Part shown: in pieces, positions 12,186-26,600 of the stretch
How the letters are laid out: the number at the start of each line of letters is the position of its first letter
Numbering within the stretch: position 1 is the stretch's first letter
Source: Ruditapes philippinarum
Taxonomy: Eukaryota
Length of the DNA: 64,000 nucleotides
Assembly (NCBI RefSeq): GCF_026571515.1
Contig: NW_026867374.1
Coordinates: 62,001-126,000, forward strand
Reading direction: 5' to 3'
The notes under the pieces: model-generated
Database searches by the model: none
Told to the model about the DNA's origin: nothing
The model's input: the letters and a program-made list of their open reading frames with translations, nothing else
Position numbers and translations under genes: made by a program

Positions 12186-12899
12186 TGGTCTTTGTCATAA
12201 CAGCCTGCAGAAATAGATAGAACTGTTTTTGACGAAGAATATATCCGACAGCAATGTTCAGTTCCCATATATGTGGCAGAAAAAGGTCAAAGAAACTCCA
12301 CTGAGGTCCAAAAGCCTTAAACATAACTTTTGAATTTCTTACACAGACCAGTTGGGTCACTTAAAATAGAAAGCTATCCTAGTAAAGTTAAGAAATATAC
12401 TCCGAATAAATTAAAAATCTTATTTTTGTGCTATTCTTATAGACAGGACTGATTTTGAGAATTTGGCTCCCTATAAGATACTAGAGGCATTTTGTAGTAC
12501 AAGTGGTATCTTGGTGTATTTAACCTATTTAAGGTATGCTGAATCCGATAAAGGTGGATACCAAATTGAAAAACTTGATCTTGACTATTGAAATGGCCAT
12601 TTAAAATGAACACTAAAATGGACGCCAAATTTCTTTATCATAAATAGATGATAGAGCCTGAAATTTGTCACAAAGCATGTTTAGGTAAAAACTAATTTGA
12701 CACCAAAACATAATTTAAAAAGAAAAACAATCCAATAGAGCCGTCCTATCTGCTTTCATGTATTTTATCTGGCACTCTATGCAAGCATATAGAAAGGCTA
12801 CTCAGATGCCTACTTACACAGCCTGCTATGTGTGAGGGGGTTAAAACATGTGCATGCAAAATATACATTAATTAAAGGCACCTTTCTCTTGGGTTTTGG

Positions 12900-13880
12900 A
12901 GTTCTCTTTTTGTCAGTTCTTCTCTTATTAGTCGTGATCTTCGTTCTTCTGTAATTGGTCCTGATCTCAATTTTTTTTGTTGTTAGACGTTCTGTTGTCG
13001 GTGCTCATCTCTGTTTTAATGTTATCGGTCATCGTCTTCGTTCTACTGTTATCGGTTCTCGTCTTCGTTCTTCTCCGTTCTTCTGTCATCTGTTCTGTCT
13101 CTATTTTTCTGTAATCAGTTTAATTGTTGTCAATTCTTCTGTCAGCAGTCCTCGTCTATGTTATTCTGTTATCAATCCTCTCTCCGTTGTCTTGTTGTCA
13201 GGTCTTCTGTTATCGTTCACTGTTCTGTTCTTTTCTTCTGTAATCAGTCCTGGTCTCCGTTTTCATGTCGTCAATTCGTCTTTTATCGATACCCGTCTAC
13301 ATTCTTCTGTCATCAGTTTTCGTCTATGTAATTCGTTTATCAATCCTCGTCTTTTGTTGTCAGTTCTTCTTTTATCGGTCCCTGTCCTGTTCTGTTATCG
13401 GTGCTTCTCTATCTTTTCTTCTGTAATCAGTCCTGGTCTCTGTTTTTATGTTGTCAATTCTACTGTCATCGCTTCCCGACTCCATTCGTCTGTCATCAGT
13501 TGTCATCTATGTTATTCTATTATCGGTCCCCGTCTCTATTTTTCTGTTATCTGTCCTCGTCTCCGTTGTCTTGTTTTCAGTTCTTCTGTTATCGTTCTCT
13601 GTCTCTGTTATCTGTCCTCGTCTCTGTTGGCTTGTTGACAGTTCTTCTGTTATCGGTCCCTGTCTCTATTCCTCTGTTATCGGTCCTCGTCTCCGTTCCC
13701 TTGTTGTCAGTTTTTCTGTTATCGGTCCCTGTCTCTGTTCTTCTGTTAGCGATCCTCGTCTCTGTTCGCTTGTTGTCAGTTCTTGTCTCCGTTCTTCCTT
13801 CTGTTATCAGTCGTTGTCTTCGGTCTTGTACTTTCGGTACTTGTTTCCTGCTCCGATAAGGTCTTCTCTTGTTTCTTTCG
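12900..13880. repeat. Pyrimidine-rich degenerate minisatellite (units such as tctgttatcggtcctcgtctc)
   Basis: Dozens of diverged tandem units; they explain the long S/V/L/C-rich ORFs in all frames. Confidence 0.85.
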
Positions 13881-13941
13881 TTGCCGTCATTATGTGTCCA
13901 TGTCCCAGTTTCACCAGTCTTGTAGTTATTTATTCGTTCAG

Positions 13942-14014
13942 TAGAGTAGCGGGGATCGAACTCACGACCCCTTGATTTGTAGGCAGACAGTGTTACCACT
14001 GCACCATAGCGCCC
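13942..14014 (-). mobile_element. tRNA-like (SINE head) sequence, not a functional tRNA
   Basis: Minus strand GGGCGCTATGGTGCAGTGGTAACAC...GGTCGTGAGTTCGATCCCCG has A and B boxes, but the acceptor and anticodon stems do not pair. Confidence 0.65.
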
Positions 14015-15747
14015 GCTCTGAATTATAACCATTTTTGAAAATCCTTTATACATTAAATACTATTTCAATGGCTAACAAGGGTGTATTACAATTATATTTT
14101 AACACCTCTACTATGTAGCCAACCCACGTGACTTTTATGTATGGTCAAAGAAAATATTGCTCGATTTATAACAAATAATATTTTTATAGATGAATTTGCT
14201 GTTACTTTAAGATATCCTGGAAATTTATTGAAGGGTACCTGGAATTCTAATGTATATCGAATGATGTGATAATCTTCTTGTAGAATTATCTCAAAATCGT
14301 GACTGAATTCAAAATTTTCGAGAGCTGCCATGGTAAAGCAAGCACACGTAGCAATCTCCCGGTTTCAGACATGTTATGACTCGATGAAAATATGTTGTTG
14401 TTGTTGTTTTTAACTTTAACTTTAAATTTCAAATTAAATAGTCACTAATTTTTAAACAAGATACTAAACATTTGTTGTTTTCTGTATTTTTGTTAAGAAT
14501 GTGATAAGTCTACACTTCTAACTTTAAGATTATCGATTATCCATAATATACCTGTTGCAGTTATAATTGAATCTAAAAAATGAATTATGCAGATATTATT
14601 TTCGGCAGAAAACAACAAATGCAAACAAAAAAACATGCAGCATACATGTGTAATGTTCACGATGTGCTGAAAAACGGCACTTTATTAATTTCAATATTTC
14701 AGCAAGTGACACATTTTTAATGGGACAAAAATGTTGTTGTAACCATTTAAAAAGTAGGATTTGTAAATTTGTAAGTTAGATATTTTTATCCTAGTTTGCT
14801 CAATACTCAATTAAAACATTTTTATATATAAACCTGAGGTAAAGAAAATTGACAGAAAAAAACTTTCATAGATTGAGATGGAGCCAAGATGTCGTAGATA
14901 TTTGGGTGACAAAAGGAGATTTTGATCCTGATAATGTTTTAAGTAGGATATACATATTACAAGCTTATACTCTTAAAATTTTGTACCGCCTTAATTCAGT
15001 TTTTTTAAAAACGTGCAATTATGTAATTATTATGTCTTTAGTTAGTTTCTGGAGAAAAGGCTTAACAAAGGTGGTATCTTTTATTTGTATCATAGTTTGG
15101 AGACCTTTCTGTTGAAAATGTGTCAGGGTTAAATCGTATACATATACATACACAGTGCGTTAACTGGAGTGCGGGTATTAGTTACCCGCACTCCAGAGCA
15201 TGCCCATTGATTGGCTCATTTTTGCTGGGGTTTACATATTGTGACGGCAGAGAAAGGGAAAGCGACAGAAATGTCATATTAAGATGTTCGTTCATTGGTT
15301 CATTTTTGCCGGGGTTTCATATTGTGACAACAAGGTACGCGCTTTTATGTTTGACTATGATACAAAAGAGAAAGAACACCAAAACACTCGGCAATCTGAT
15401 TAATACTCGGGGGCTACGCCCCCTCGTACAAATCAGATAGCCTCTTGTTGCGGTGCTCTTTCTATTACTTAATACAATGTAGATAAATTTAATAATGTGT
15501 CACATGTCGCCTTGAAAAAAGATTTTTCGTGATGATTTTGCGCATACTTAATCCCGCTCTTGCATGTTGGAACAACAATATATTATAGTTCATTTGTTTG
15601 GATACACGGCCTCATTGCTTATTTTGTATAGTCTTATTTTATTGACCTGTCAATTTTGAAAACATTACATCACTAATTGAAATATAAGATTACTCTTCGA
15701 TTTCGTTGGTAATGTTTACGAGATAAATATGGAGTATATAGAGGGCA

Positions 15748-15895
15748 TTTGTTTGTTTGTGTGTAAGATGAAATTTTATTTCATCGAGTGGGCTTTAAAA
15801 ACAGTATTCCCACGTGTGGCGTGGCCACGAGTGAGAATACTGTTTTTAAAGTTCACGAGATGAAATAAAATTACATCTGACACAACAAACAAACA
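15748..15895. repeat. ~150 bp imperfect palindrome, probably part of a non-autonomous (possibly Crypton-like) DNA element
   Basis: agatgaaattttatttcatcgagtg...aaaacagtattc-ccacgtgtggc / gccacgagtgagaatactgttttt...cacgagatgaaataaaattacatct. Confidence 0.6.
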
Positions 15896-18432
15896 CATTT
15901 TATTTTTATTTTATGCTCAAAAATAAGTTAAAACGAAATTTCCTTGATAGCAACTTTAATATTTAAATCTGTTTTCCCCACTTGTAGCCTCTATTATGTA
16001 CATGTATTAGTCGAATTTCTCTTAAAATACAAGAATTCTTGGGCTGAAAAATAAGTTCGACAATCAACGTTAAATGTCGATGATATTATTCATTTTATTA
16101 AAAAAAATACGAATGATCGCTTAATTTAATAATAAAAACAACAATTTTAGTAGGAGAAGAAGTTCGACCATCCATCCATATTTCTGTTACTTACTGCGAA
16201 TATATATTTGATCTGGCTCTGTTAAATGTAAGCGGCCGCCATTTTTAAAAAGTTGTGTATTTCACTGGAGGAAAATAATTGTGTTTGATTCAGAGGGATA
16301 TCATTTGGATTTGTAAGTCATACACCTTTTTTAAAGAAAGAAAACTTATTTGAGGATTGTAACAGACAATAAATAAGTGTTGACAGATGTTTAAACATTT
16401 AAAAAGTGGCTAGGGAATATGAAACTTGGAATTGTTGAAAGTACTTATTCTTTGGGCTGATGGCTGTCATTGCTTTTCAAGTTTTCATAAAGCATACGGC
16501 AGTTATTGCTCGTAGGAAACTTAAATATGCCCAAATGTCATCAAGAGCAGTTTTGCATGTGGAAGGAATGTATTTTTCAGACTGTTAAAATGAAACAATC
16601 AATTAAGGGACGATATTTGCTGATTGGTAATTTGGATAATAGAAGTAAGTTTTCTTCTTTTTATTACTTTTGACATTTAAGTTATTTATCAATTTCAGCT
16701 TTGCTTTTCTCTAAACAGTCTGACATTGTCAGAATTGTCAGCAAAAATAAAATTAAGGTACCACATGTGGAAAATCTTAAGAAAGTAGTTTCGTCATTGA
16801 AAAGTGTGAAATTATTTTTTTATAATTTTCACTGTGAAATTATGAAATATAATTTTCACGGATAAATCAGTATTCCACTGAAAAGCATAAAATTAAAAAA
16901 AACTATAATACTAATGTTAGTGAAAGTCACATCTGCTAAAAGTGTACACGTCAACGCTACTTTCGCAGTAGCACAGCCGGTTAAGTGATTGACTGATGTG
17001 TGAGAGGTCTATGGTTTGATTCCTACCGTTGCCTTTTTTAAGACCTACTGTTGTTTTTTTTGTTGTTGTTGTTGTTTTGGGTGGGGGCGCAGTATATATT
17101 TTAAGAAATTTTTGTCTCAGTTTGTGTTGTGTTTATGGCATTGAAATGACATTTTTTGACATTTCAAAATAGTTTTTAAATATTCATTTTAAACCATAAA
17201 TTACGAAGTAATTACGAAATATTAATTTGTTATTACGAAATATTTATTCTTTGGTAATACTTATAAACTAAGTTTATTGTTAGATATAAGTCAAGTAAAC
17301 ATTTTTTTTTCAATCTTTGTCATATACCTTAACGCGATAGGATAGTAAAACAGTGCTGTATATACCGTTTATTGAGCCATAAGGCTTATAATCGCTATAT
17401 TTGGTGGCCAATCTCATTAAAATCTGATCATATTGAATAATCATTTGATTTTGACAAGAATAGTTAATTGCATCATATTGTATCATAGTTTTAATGACTT
17501 ATTTTACTATTTTAAGCGGCGATTTTCAATTGACCTTTTGAAGGTCAATGTCAATTTTATTTTCTTGGTATCCACCCTCATCGTCTTCAGCATACCCATA
17601 TTAGGTTAAAACACTCAAGATATTACTTGTACTATAAAATGCCTCTAGCATTCATATTTTCTTAAAATCAGTCCTGTCTATTAGTCCGATTTGAGTGAAA
17701 AGCGTTGCAAGGTTTTTCAATTTTGGGTCACTTTTTACAACTAAAAAATAATTATTCTGGACAAATAGACGGAGCAAATGATCTGAAATGTTGTATACAA
17801 GTTATTAGTCTATACCTACAATAAGTGGAATATGAATCTTAATTTTTTTTTTATTTCTAGTCCAGTTTTTAAAAAAACCTTCAGTGGATTCCCTTTAATG
17901 AAATGAAGAAAATCTTGTTGTTTTTTTTACATGTTCAGGCATAAATATATGTTTGTGTTTCTTATAAGTTGTGATATACATGAAGAACTTTGTCATTCTA
18001 AAACTGTAAGCAGGTTCCGTTATTGAAGACAATAAGCTTATAGTGGATGCGTTACTTCTAATCTTTTGATAGAAGAAGATAGTATTGGACAAGTGTTATT
18101 AAAGAAACTTAAACTATAAATCATAAATATCATACAAAATATTTTTGTCTGTTACTTACTTTAGAAAGGCATTTACATGAATATAGGCATGAACATGCTT
18201 GTACATAAGAGTGCTTTCATTATAAACATTTAAACGATATTTGAAATGTTGTAGATTTTTTGTTATAAATGATGAAAATGTTTTGTGTTATTGTGATTTT
18301 CTTCTTATGGTTCAAACTGTTTAATAAAACATTTGTTTGTTCGTTTGTGTTTTAATCATTATAAGTATTATTATTATCATTATTATTGTTGTTGTTGTTT
18401 TTTGGTTATTATTATTGTTGTTGTTTTTTTGT

Positions 18433-18816
18433 NNNNNNNNNNNNNNNNNNNNNNNNNNNNNNNNNNNNNNNNNNNNNNNNNNNNNNNNNNNNNNNNNNNN
18501 NNNNNNNNNNNNNNNNNNNNNNNNNNNNNNNNNNNNNNNNNNNNNNNNNNNNNNNNNNNNNNNNNNNNNNNNNNNNNNNNNNNNNNNNNNNNNNNNNNNN
18601 NNNNNNNNNNNNNNNNNNNNNNNNNNNNNNNNNNNNNNNNNNNNNNNNNNNNNNNNNNNNNNNNNNNNNNNNNNNNNNNNNNNNNNNNNNNNNNNNNNNN
18701 NNNNNNNNNNNNNNNNNNNNNNNNNNNNNNNNNNNNNNNNNNNNNNNNNNNNNNNNNNNNNNNNNNNNNNNNNNNNNNNNNNNNNNNNNNNNNNNNNNNN
18801 NNNNNNNNNNNNNNNN
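18433..18816. other. Assembly gap (N run)
   Basis: 384 Ns, flanked by (TTA)/(TTG) simple repeats and poly-C. Confidence 1.
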
Positions 18817-20117
18817 TCCCCCCCCCTAAGTTACGTTAGCGATGTCTGATGCTAAAAGCCATCGTTGTATACCCCCTCGACTGTTGTAACGACAAAACAA
18901 TAACAACAAAACAACGGTGAAACATTGGTATAGATTTATCTTATCAGTCCAATAATTTTCATTTCTCTCCAACGCCTTGGACGGAATTTTGAAGAAAGGT
19001 ACCAAACAATGGTGGTGTTGGTAGTTTTCGCTCCGGATCACGGCAGTAAGCCACATAGATTTTACCAGAGCACAATCGTTCCTGGACAGGTACAGTGTGA
19101 ATAACCGTTGAAAGAATTTCTCAATCAATCACAATGCACCGTTCAGGAATCGAGCTCGGATCGCCCAATTCACTGTCCAACGCTCTAATTATTGACCGGC
19201 TTACACTGTTAACTAACCGGACGGTGCTAGTATCTGCAAACAATATTTATGTATATTAACCAGGTACCCGTGTCCGGGTTAGAAGTCCGATATTCATACA
19301 TAAACTATCGATAAAAAGTACAATACTTTCAACACGGCAGTATTGCAGTGGTCTATATAACCGGTTAAGCTTATTTCAAAATACACAAATGTAGAAATTA
19401 AAAAGAGACACAAGGAATATCAGAACAGGCAGTGATAAATGTGCGATATAAAGTCATTTTAAAACAAAACCTAGTTCTAAAAATGTGACTGATTAATGAC
19501 AGATCGATTAACTGCAAGGTAAGAATTGTATTTCAATATTTATACATGTAAATAGATCAATACACGGTTATCAGGTTATTAAACATGTTGTACGATATGA
19601 ACTTAAAGGGTGAATATGCTTTGTTTACGTTTGTTATTGGTGATGTAATGGGGTCATGTTTTTAATAATTCGTCGATTTGTTGAGTTTCATAAAATCACT
19701 GTAAAATATTAGTTTAAACGCCTTTTTTCGCGACCATATAACATTGTAGAATAATAGTTAAACCCGTTTTTTACGCGTAAAATAATAGCTTAAATCACAT
19801 TTCGCAACCATATTATAGCAATGTAAAATGATCGTTTGACTATAAGATTAAAGTTTTTTTCGTAATCGTTCCAAAAATAAATATATATATTTAAGACCTT
19901 GGGATTTAAGTTTGTTTGTATATAAAAACTTAAACTTTTTTTTAAATAAGTAAATATTGTCTAAATTACAATTTGTCATTCTTAGTACCCATAGTTTGTC
20001 AAAAATGCTCAAAAATCACAAATATTGTTCAACCATATGGCTAATGCTTCCGGCATAACCTTTAGTATTTATATACTAATAGATTACAAAGGTTCTATAT
20101 TGTATATAATTGTTAGC

Positions 20118-20348
20118 TATGGTGGCTGATTTGTGCCATGTCAAATTTTCGCTCCGCGGGCGCCTGGCGAAAATACGAAAATGCGGTAAAACACCACTTT
20201 GTCGTACTTTCGGTCCGCGGGGCGTGGTGACTTCGCCAAGTGCGCCCCGCGAAGCGAAAGTACGACAAAATGGTGACTGTTGTATTTTCGTGTTTTCGCC
20301 CTGCGCCCGCAAAGCGAAAGTACGACATGGCACAAAACAGCCACCATA
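20118..20348. mobile_element. IS3EU-like MITE (TATGG...CCATA termini)
   Basis: TIR tatggtggctgatttgtgccatgtc / gacatggcacaaaacagccaccata; internal gcgaaagtacga repeats resemble 61667-62538; flanks gttagc/actagc may be a decayed 6-bp TSD. Confidence 0.6.
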
Positions 20349-20516
20349 ACTAGCTTTTACATGTTAGTACTTTTTTCTGTGGACATAAACTTATATCATA
20401 TAAAATATATTTGATACTATTTCAGAGAAATGTGAAGTACTGTGTCGAATCATTGCAAGCTAAAGTGGGTATTCATATCTTAATGCAATATTAAATCAAT
20501 TAGAAAAGACATCACG

Positions 20517-20606
20517 ATGGAGAAAGGAGATGAAGGACGGTATCCACCAAATGTATTCACGGCCGATGAGGCGGCATTCCGCATTCCACCACCAACTTAT
20601 GAAGAG
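20517..20606 (+). CDS. Gene B exon 1: MEKGDEGRYPPNVFTADEAAFRIPPPTYEE
   Basis: ATG 20517, GT 20607; TADEAAFR shared with gene A. Confidence 0.9.
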
Positions 20607-23600
20607 GTTTGATTAGTCTATAATTATCATAATTACAATAATTTATAAGTTTCCTGAAGTTTATAATATGTAAAGTGAATATGCAACGTTTTGCTGAACT
20701 TTTGTTAGATTTAATGGCTCTACCATCAGAACTTGCTAAGTTATACATGTACGTATAAAAATATAATTGAGCCGTGTCACGACAAAACCAACATTGTGCG
20801 TTTGCGACCAGCATGGATCCAGACCAGCCTGCGCATCCGCGCAGTCTGATCAGGATCCATGCTGTTCGCTATCAGTTTCTCTACTTGTAATAGGGTTGGT
20901 AAGCGAACAACATGGATCCTGATCAGACTGCGCGGATGCGCAGGCTGGTCTGGATCCATGCTGGTCGCAAACCCATTATGTTGGTTTTGTCATGACACGG
21001 CTCAATTATATAATCTGGATAAGTGAATACCCGCGACCAGCAGCGCGGGGCTTCTATCAGGTGCTTGATAATCCAATAGTGTCCTTCCCAACTACTACGA
21101 CTAACTGATACATAATTTGTTGATATCTTATTGTATTCAATTATTATTTTAGATATCTATTTTTTTCCTCTTATAATTAGATAATTATATGAGAAAAGAC
21201 ATTCAATACCATCGATTTTTCATAATTATAAAATCTTACATTTAATAGCCGAACAGACGAGAATATCTGGCTGGATATATAAATTTAAAAGACAGTAACA
21301 GGCCTTGAAGTATACATTTTTCCCCTAATACCTTTATACAAATATACAGCAACAGTTTAAAAATCGGCGCTTTAATCGACATGTTAACTCGACAGAAAAT
21401 GTGAAGTTTTGATTTTAGTAAGCTATTTAAAAAGAACACACTATATTTTTTTGTATAATTAAGAGCTTACATGTATTACATTCTCTACAGGTGATGGGAG
21501 TTTACCAAACATCGGTCAAATCTATTGGTCAGACATCGGACATATCACCGCTCGCATACATAGATATAATGCCAAGATGTCTTAAAGTCGGTAATATCGC
21601 TGGGAAAGTAGTTCCAACATTCGACGACTTTAGGTATAAACCGATTAGAAATCAATTAAAAAAAAAATTATGATATTCATCAAGAAAAACACAGAAAACA
21701 TTAGGAAAACGATAAAAATATCAAGCATTAAGTACTTACCGCTTTAAGTCATTCCAAAATTACTGTTTGCTGGATGACATAACATGAAAGCATGTCTATT
21801 AAAGCCTTTAAGTATGATCGTTTGCAGTCATCGTTATTGCGGTTTAGCCCTATGCAGAATGCGCATGTGCGAAATGCCGCATCCGTTTCTGTGGAAAAAT
21901 TCTATCGTAAAAAGGTCTATTGTCTCCAAAACTGTAAGAAACTAACAGTTCTTATTTCAGATAAATACACGTATATTGAACATGTTTAACATTTCTGATT
22001 TGCAACAGAATACTACTTAAGCATACATATTTACAAAAGACTTACTACGGAAAAAATGATATGAGATCGCTAGTTTAAACTTATTAATTTAATTTCAGCG
22101 CAATTGTTGAAGGGGCAAACCGCTGGCTCCAGGACAATCCGGGACTCAGTGTTTGGAAATGCGAGACAATCATCAGAAAATTGACACATGGTAAAGACGG
22201 TTCACTAAGTTATGAACTGAATGAAATGTTGAGACACGATTCAACATTCGGATTTATTGTGTTTATAAAAGGTATCAGATTATGGTTGACAAAGAAGACA
22301 TTGGCTGGTCCACCTCAACAACTAGGTATCAAAACTGTAGTCCCGGAGAAAGTCACTATTGAGGTCCCTATGAATAGATATAGGTAAATAAAATTATTTG
22401 ATTTACATACAAACATAATAAATGATAACACAAGTTGAGGAATACGTACAAAATGTTGGTAACTTACATGATACAAAGACTTTAAGATGCCCATATCGGC
22501 TTTTCGTTACGTAATGAATGTAAGTAAACATAAACTGTTTAACATGGGATGTATCTATCTAATATAACCAATACAACATTTACTTACTACGACGACTAAT
22601 TATCTGAGAATAAGATATTTTGCATTTTTATTTGTTTTGTTCAAATATTATTTTCTTTTCAAGAAATAAGCATGTTCTATAAACTAACATACCATATAAC
22701 TTCAAGGTATCATCATATCTTTACACTTTTTGGAGTCACGTGTGATATAATTAGACTATCATTGACTGTTAATAAAGTTACATACACTTTCAACTGACTT
22801 TTTATTTCACTTTTTATTTAGAGGTGGCCGAGGACGGATTATTATCGGTGGCGAGGTTGTTACTCATTTAAATACTAACATGTACACAGTAACAACATTT
22901 GAGGGGCTGGAAGATACCATGAAGAAGTTACAAACGAAACTGAAGGACGATCCAATACCAGGTTTTTATCATATTTGTTTTTCTTTTCGTCTTGAAAATG
23001 AACAATGGCAACAAAAACTTTACCATTTTATGTTTGAATGTTGAATTCTGCTTAAGCCGGTGTTAGGGGGCGTAGACGGTAACTTGCATTTTCCATTACC
23101 ATCCCTGAACATGCTCAATCAAACCGAGCCTGCATCATTTTGAAATTTGTTGTTTTGGGGTTTTGTACAAGTCTTGCTTTTAAATTAGTTAATCTATCTA
23201 CACGATTTGTGATAACTTACCATATTCTTAAATATTATCGAAGTAATAAAGATTGATTGATGGGAAACAATAAATTCACCAATATAATCATGAAATTGCG
23301 TTTACATGTTCATTAATAATGATGATGATGGCGGCAATAAGTATGATGGTGGTGTTGACAAATCCTGTATACGTGAATATGATGATGATGATAACGATGA
23401 TAATTGCATGGATAATTATCGATTAAGCTGACGACGACAGTAACAAGTATAACGATGATGATGTTGATGCTGATGATGAAGACGTGGGTAATTAGACTGA
23501 TGACGACAGTAACAAGTATAACGACGATGATGTAGATGTTGTTGATGATGATGATGATGATGATGATGGTGGTGATGATGACGTGGATAATTAGGCTGAC

Positions 23601-26600
23601 GACGACAGTAGCAAGTAGAACGATGAGTATTATGATGTTTTGATGATGATGATGAATATTTCGACAATTTGCATAATTGGATTCTGAACTTACTATTTAC
23701 TACTGGTACTGTTACCGAGTGTGAATGCGTTTCTAGATATTTTTTTATCATATACAACATTCTAATATTATGCAAACAGGTACTGTGCTTACAATAGAAA
23801 CCGACAATGTGAAGGCGTATGAAGGTCTGCAAAAGGACTTTGATCCGGAGAGTACGTGTTGGTCTGAGAATAAAGATAAATCACAAAGAAATACACAGGT
23901 TATCCGAATATTCTACGTCAAAGGATCACCTACAAACGCAGATATTGGTAAAAACTTACCTTTAGTGATATAGTATATAGTTACCTATGAAAAAAATAAA
24001 ACATAAGATTTATGCTTTGATTTTAATAAATAATTCTTTTGTAAGGTTAATAATTCATTGTATGTTTGAATAATCAAACTTAAGACATGTAGTAGTAATG
24101 TGGTCAAAATCCTCCTTTGATTTTTTCCGTTGCTTATGCGTGCTGTAACTTCTTTAGTAACATCATTTTCCTCGTAGCAGTTATCCCCCACTCTCTCATT
24201 TTCTTACAGAAGCATAGCTTCACGATCCCGCTGCGAGGTGTATATAGAAATATAACCTTTATTTATTACATTTATGCGTGGCAATAATAATGATATTTGC
24301 TAATACTAAAATAAGACGAAAATCAAAACAAAAACAAAAATGATAGAACAATAACTTTATTTTTATAAGCTTATTGTTTTATCTTATTATTGCTGGAATA
24401 ATTGTCAGTATTGCATCACTTTTGTAGGCTACACAGAGATCATACCGGACGTGAAAGAACAACCGGAATCGGCACTTAAACAAGGGAAGTTTGAAAACTT
24501 TGACAACGTTTTATCTTCATTAAGTCAATGGGTGTCTAAAAACCAAGTAAGTAATGAGTATTGTTTTAAAGTAAGTGTTCAGTTTAACATGACCGTCTGG
24601 CACCTCAATAAGTTCATTTTCTCTGTTTCGATTTTAATACAGGCCCGACACTATATCACATGGATACTCATTTCCTTTAACTAGCAGAGGGAGAAGTCGG
24701 AACTCGGAAGCATTCGGCTATCTGGGTAGACCACGCAGACGTTCTTTAAGCTGACTGGACTGGTGCCTCAAATGAAACCAATGAATTACAGGGAGTTTTG
24801 GAAACACGGTGTACTTGCAAAAAGACATAGCTCCATCGCCAGATCGCCATTCGCGAAACATAAAATGTATAAATATTGACAATGTCGTCTGTATCTGAAT
24901 GTATCTATCGACTGAATGCTAGTAACATTGATGAATATTTTTCAGGGGCTACGGGTTGTCAACATTCAGCAATACGACGCTTATGTAAAATCCTCAATGT
25001 GTAAGTAGATGACAGCGTATACATTTGATGAGAAATACAAAGATGTTGTTATCATTATTAAACCAAAGTCTAAGCATACTGTTTCTGACATAATGCATAA
25101 TTTCTCCTAAAAGTCTAGAAGTTCAATATGCAACATTTTACACTGACATGTGGCATGTTACTTCTTTGTCACCCAATTGCACAATTATTTTTGTTACGAC
25201 CTTCTTTAAGAGTACTGAATATCCCACATATGTTGTTTAAGCACACAAACCTGTCGTGAAAATCTATCACAAAGTCGGTTTGTGTCCTTATAATCGGGAA
25301 TGTCCTATTTATTCACACATTAGTGTTTCATATTATATGCTCATTCAGTATTATGACTTCTACCAAGTCATCAATATATCTATTAATGATTACATCTCTC
25401 TCAGTAACAGTCAGTTACGTCACATCTATTCTACGATGACACGGGTCTAGTTCTGTAGACGTATGCACATATTAGGATTTACACAACAGCTTCTAACGGT
25501 GTGCCACCTAGTATTGTGACGTCACGTTTGTTTTTACCTGCTCGGACAGGAAGACGGACATTTGAATGTATGACACAGACAATGGAAAGAATTGATGCTT
25601 GGCTCCGTGTGACAGGTAAATAACTCGTGTTGTCTGATTAACTTGCAAGTAGTCATTCTTTGCTGAAAGCAGTTTTAAGGCATTTTTGTAAAATTTAATT
25701 AAATTGTTGTTACATTGTACCATCGATTCACGTAACTTGGTCATTCAGAATATAAGACAAATGGTCGTACTGATGTTTTTCTTGAAAACGTTCATGTCAA
25801 TAACAGGATCGCCATTATACGGCTATATATATGATATTGTAATTGTTTTAATGGTTTTAATAGATAGTGTATTGGAATAAATTGATTTTCATTAACTAGG
25901 GATTCATAAAATGTAGTGTAATGATTTCCCTTTGACTTCTCCAAACAAATAACTTGTGTGATGTAAAAACTTATCAAGTCTTATTGTACTGTCCGATATA
26001 AGAGTTTGTGCCATCAAATAGAAGAAGCGGTATTTTCTTATTCGTATTCTTCAACACGTTTCAATGTTAAAAACATCTTCTATACAAATATGGCCACACA
26101 CAAGGCAATTGTATTTACTTTCATACATGTATTTTTGAATAATTTGAAAGGTGTGCCAATCTATTCGGTCGAAACAGTGGAGCTTTTATTTAACGAGACG
26201 AACCCAGATGGCGCCGACTGTACACGTTCAGAATACACCGTCCAGGCTCTGTCAGGCAAACATTGGTTGACGGCAATCAGGTACTGCTACTACACTGTAT
26301 ATGTATATTCCCTTTGGTAAAACGCAGGTTTATTTCGAACATCCTAACATCTAGCAGATTCTCCTACTAGAAACATGTTTTCTTTGGTAAAATACAAGTT
26401 TCTTATGAACCTTTAAGTAAACCTTTTCTAGGTTCTTCTACTAGATACGCGTTTCTTTTCTGAAATGTAGGTCTGTTTGTAATACATAAGTTAACTTCAC
26501 TGTTGAACACGGCGTTAGCCGATTCTTATATAGGTTTTGCAACTGTGTACACATCCATTAGAATCTACTCAACAGAGTAAAATGACATTCTGATTTGCCT

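Noticed and set aside
12200-12844. Possible piggyBac-like element just after the gene A stop (ends gagggggttaa)
   Set aside because: Only one plausible end was found, with no matching left TIR or TSD, so its boundaries are unsupported.
13942-14014. Functional tRNA gene
   Set aside because: A/B boxes are present but the acceptor and anticodon stems do not pair; treated as a SINE-type head.
12955-14053. Long ORFs (227, 175, 154, 152 aa) on both strands
   Set aside because: They arise from a stop-poor minisatellite; the translations are low-complexity in several frames at once.
23416-23832. Poly-His 138-aa minus-strand ORF
   Set aside because: It is the translation of an intronic (GAT)n microsatellite and overlaps gene B exon 5 antisense.
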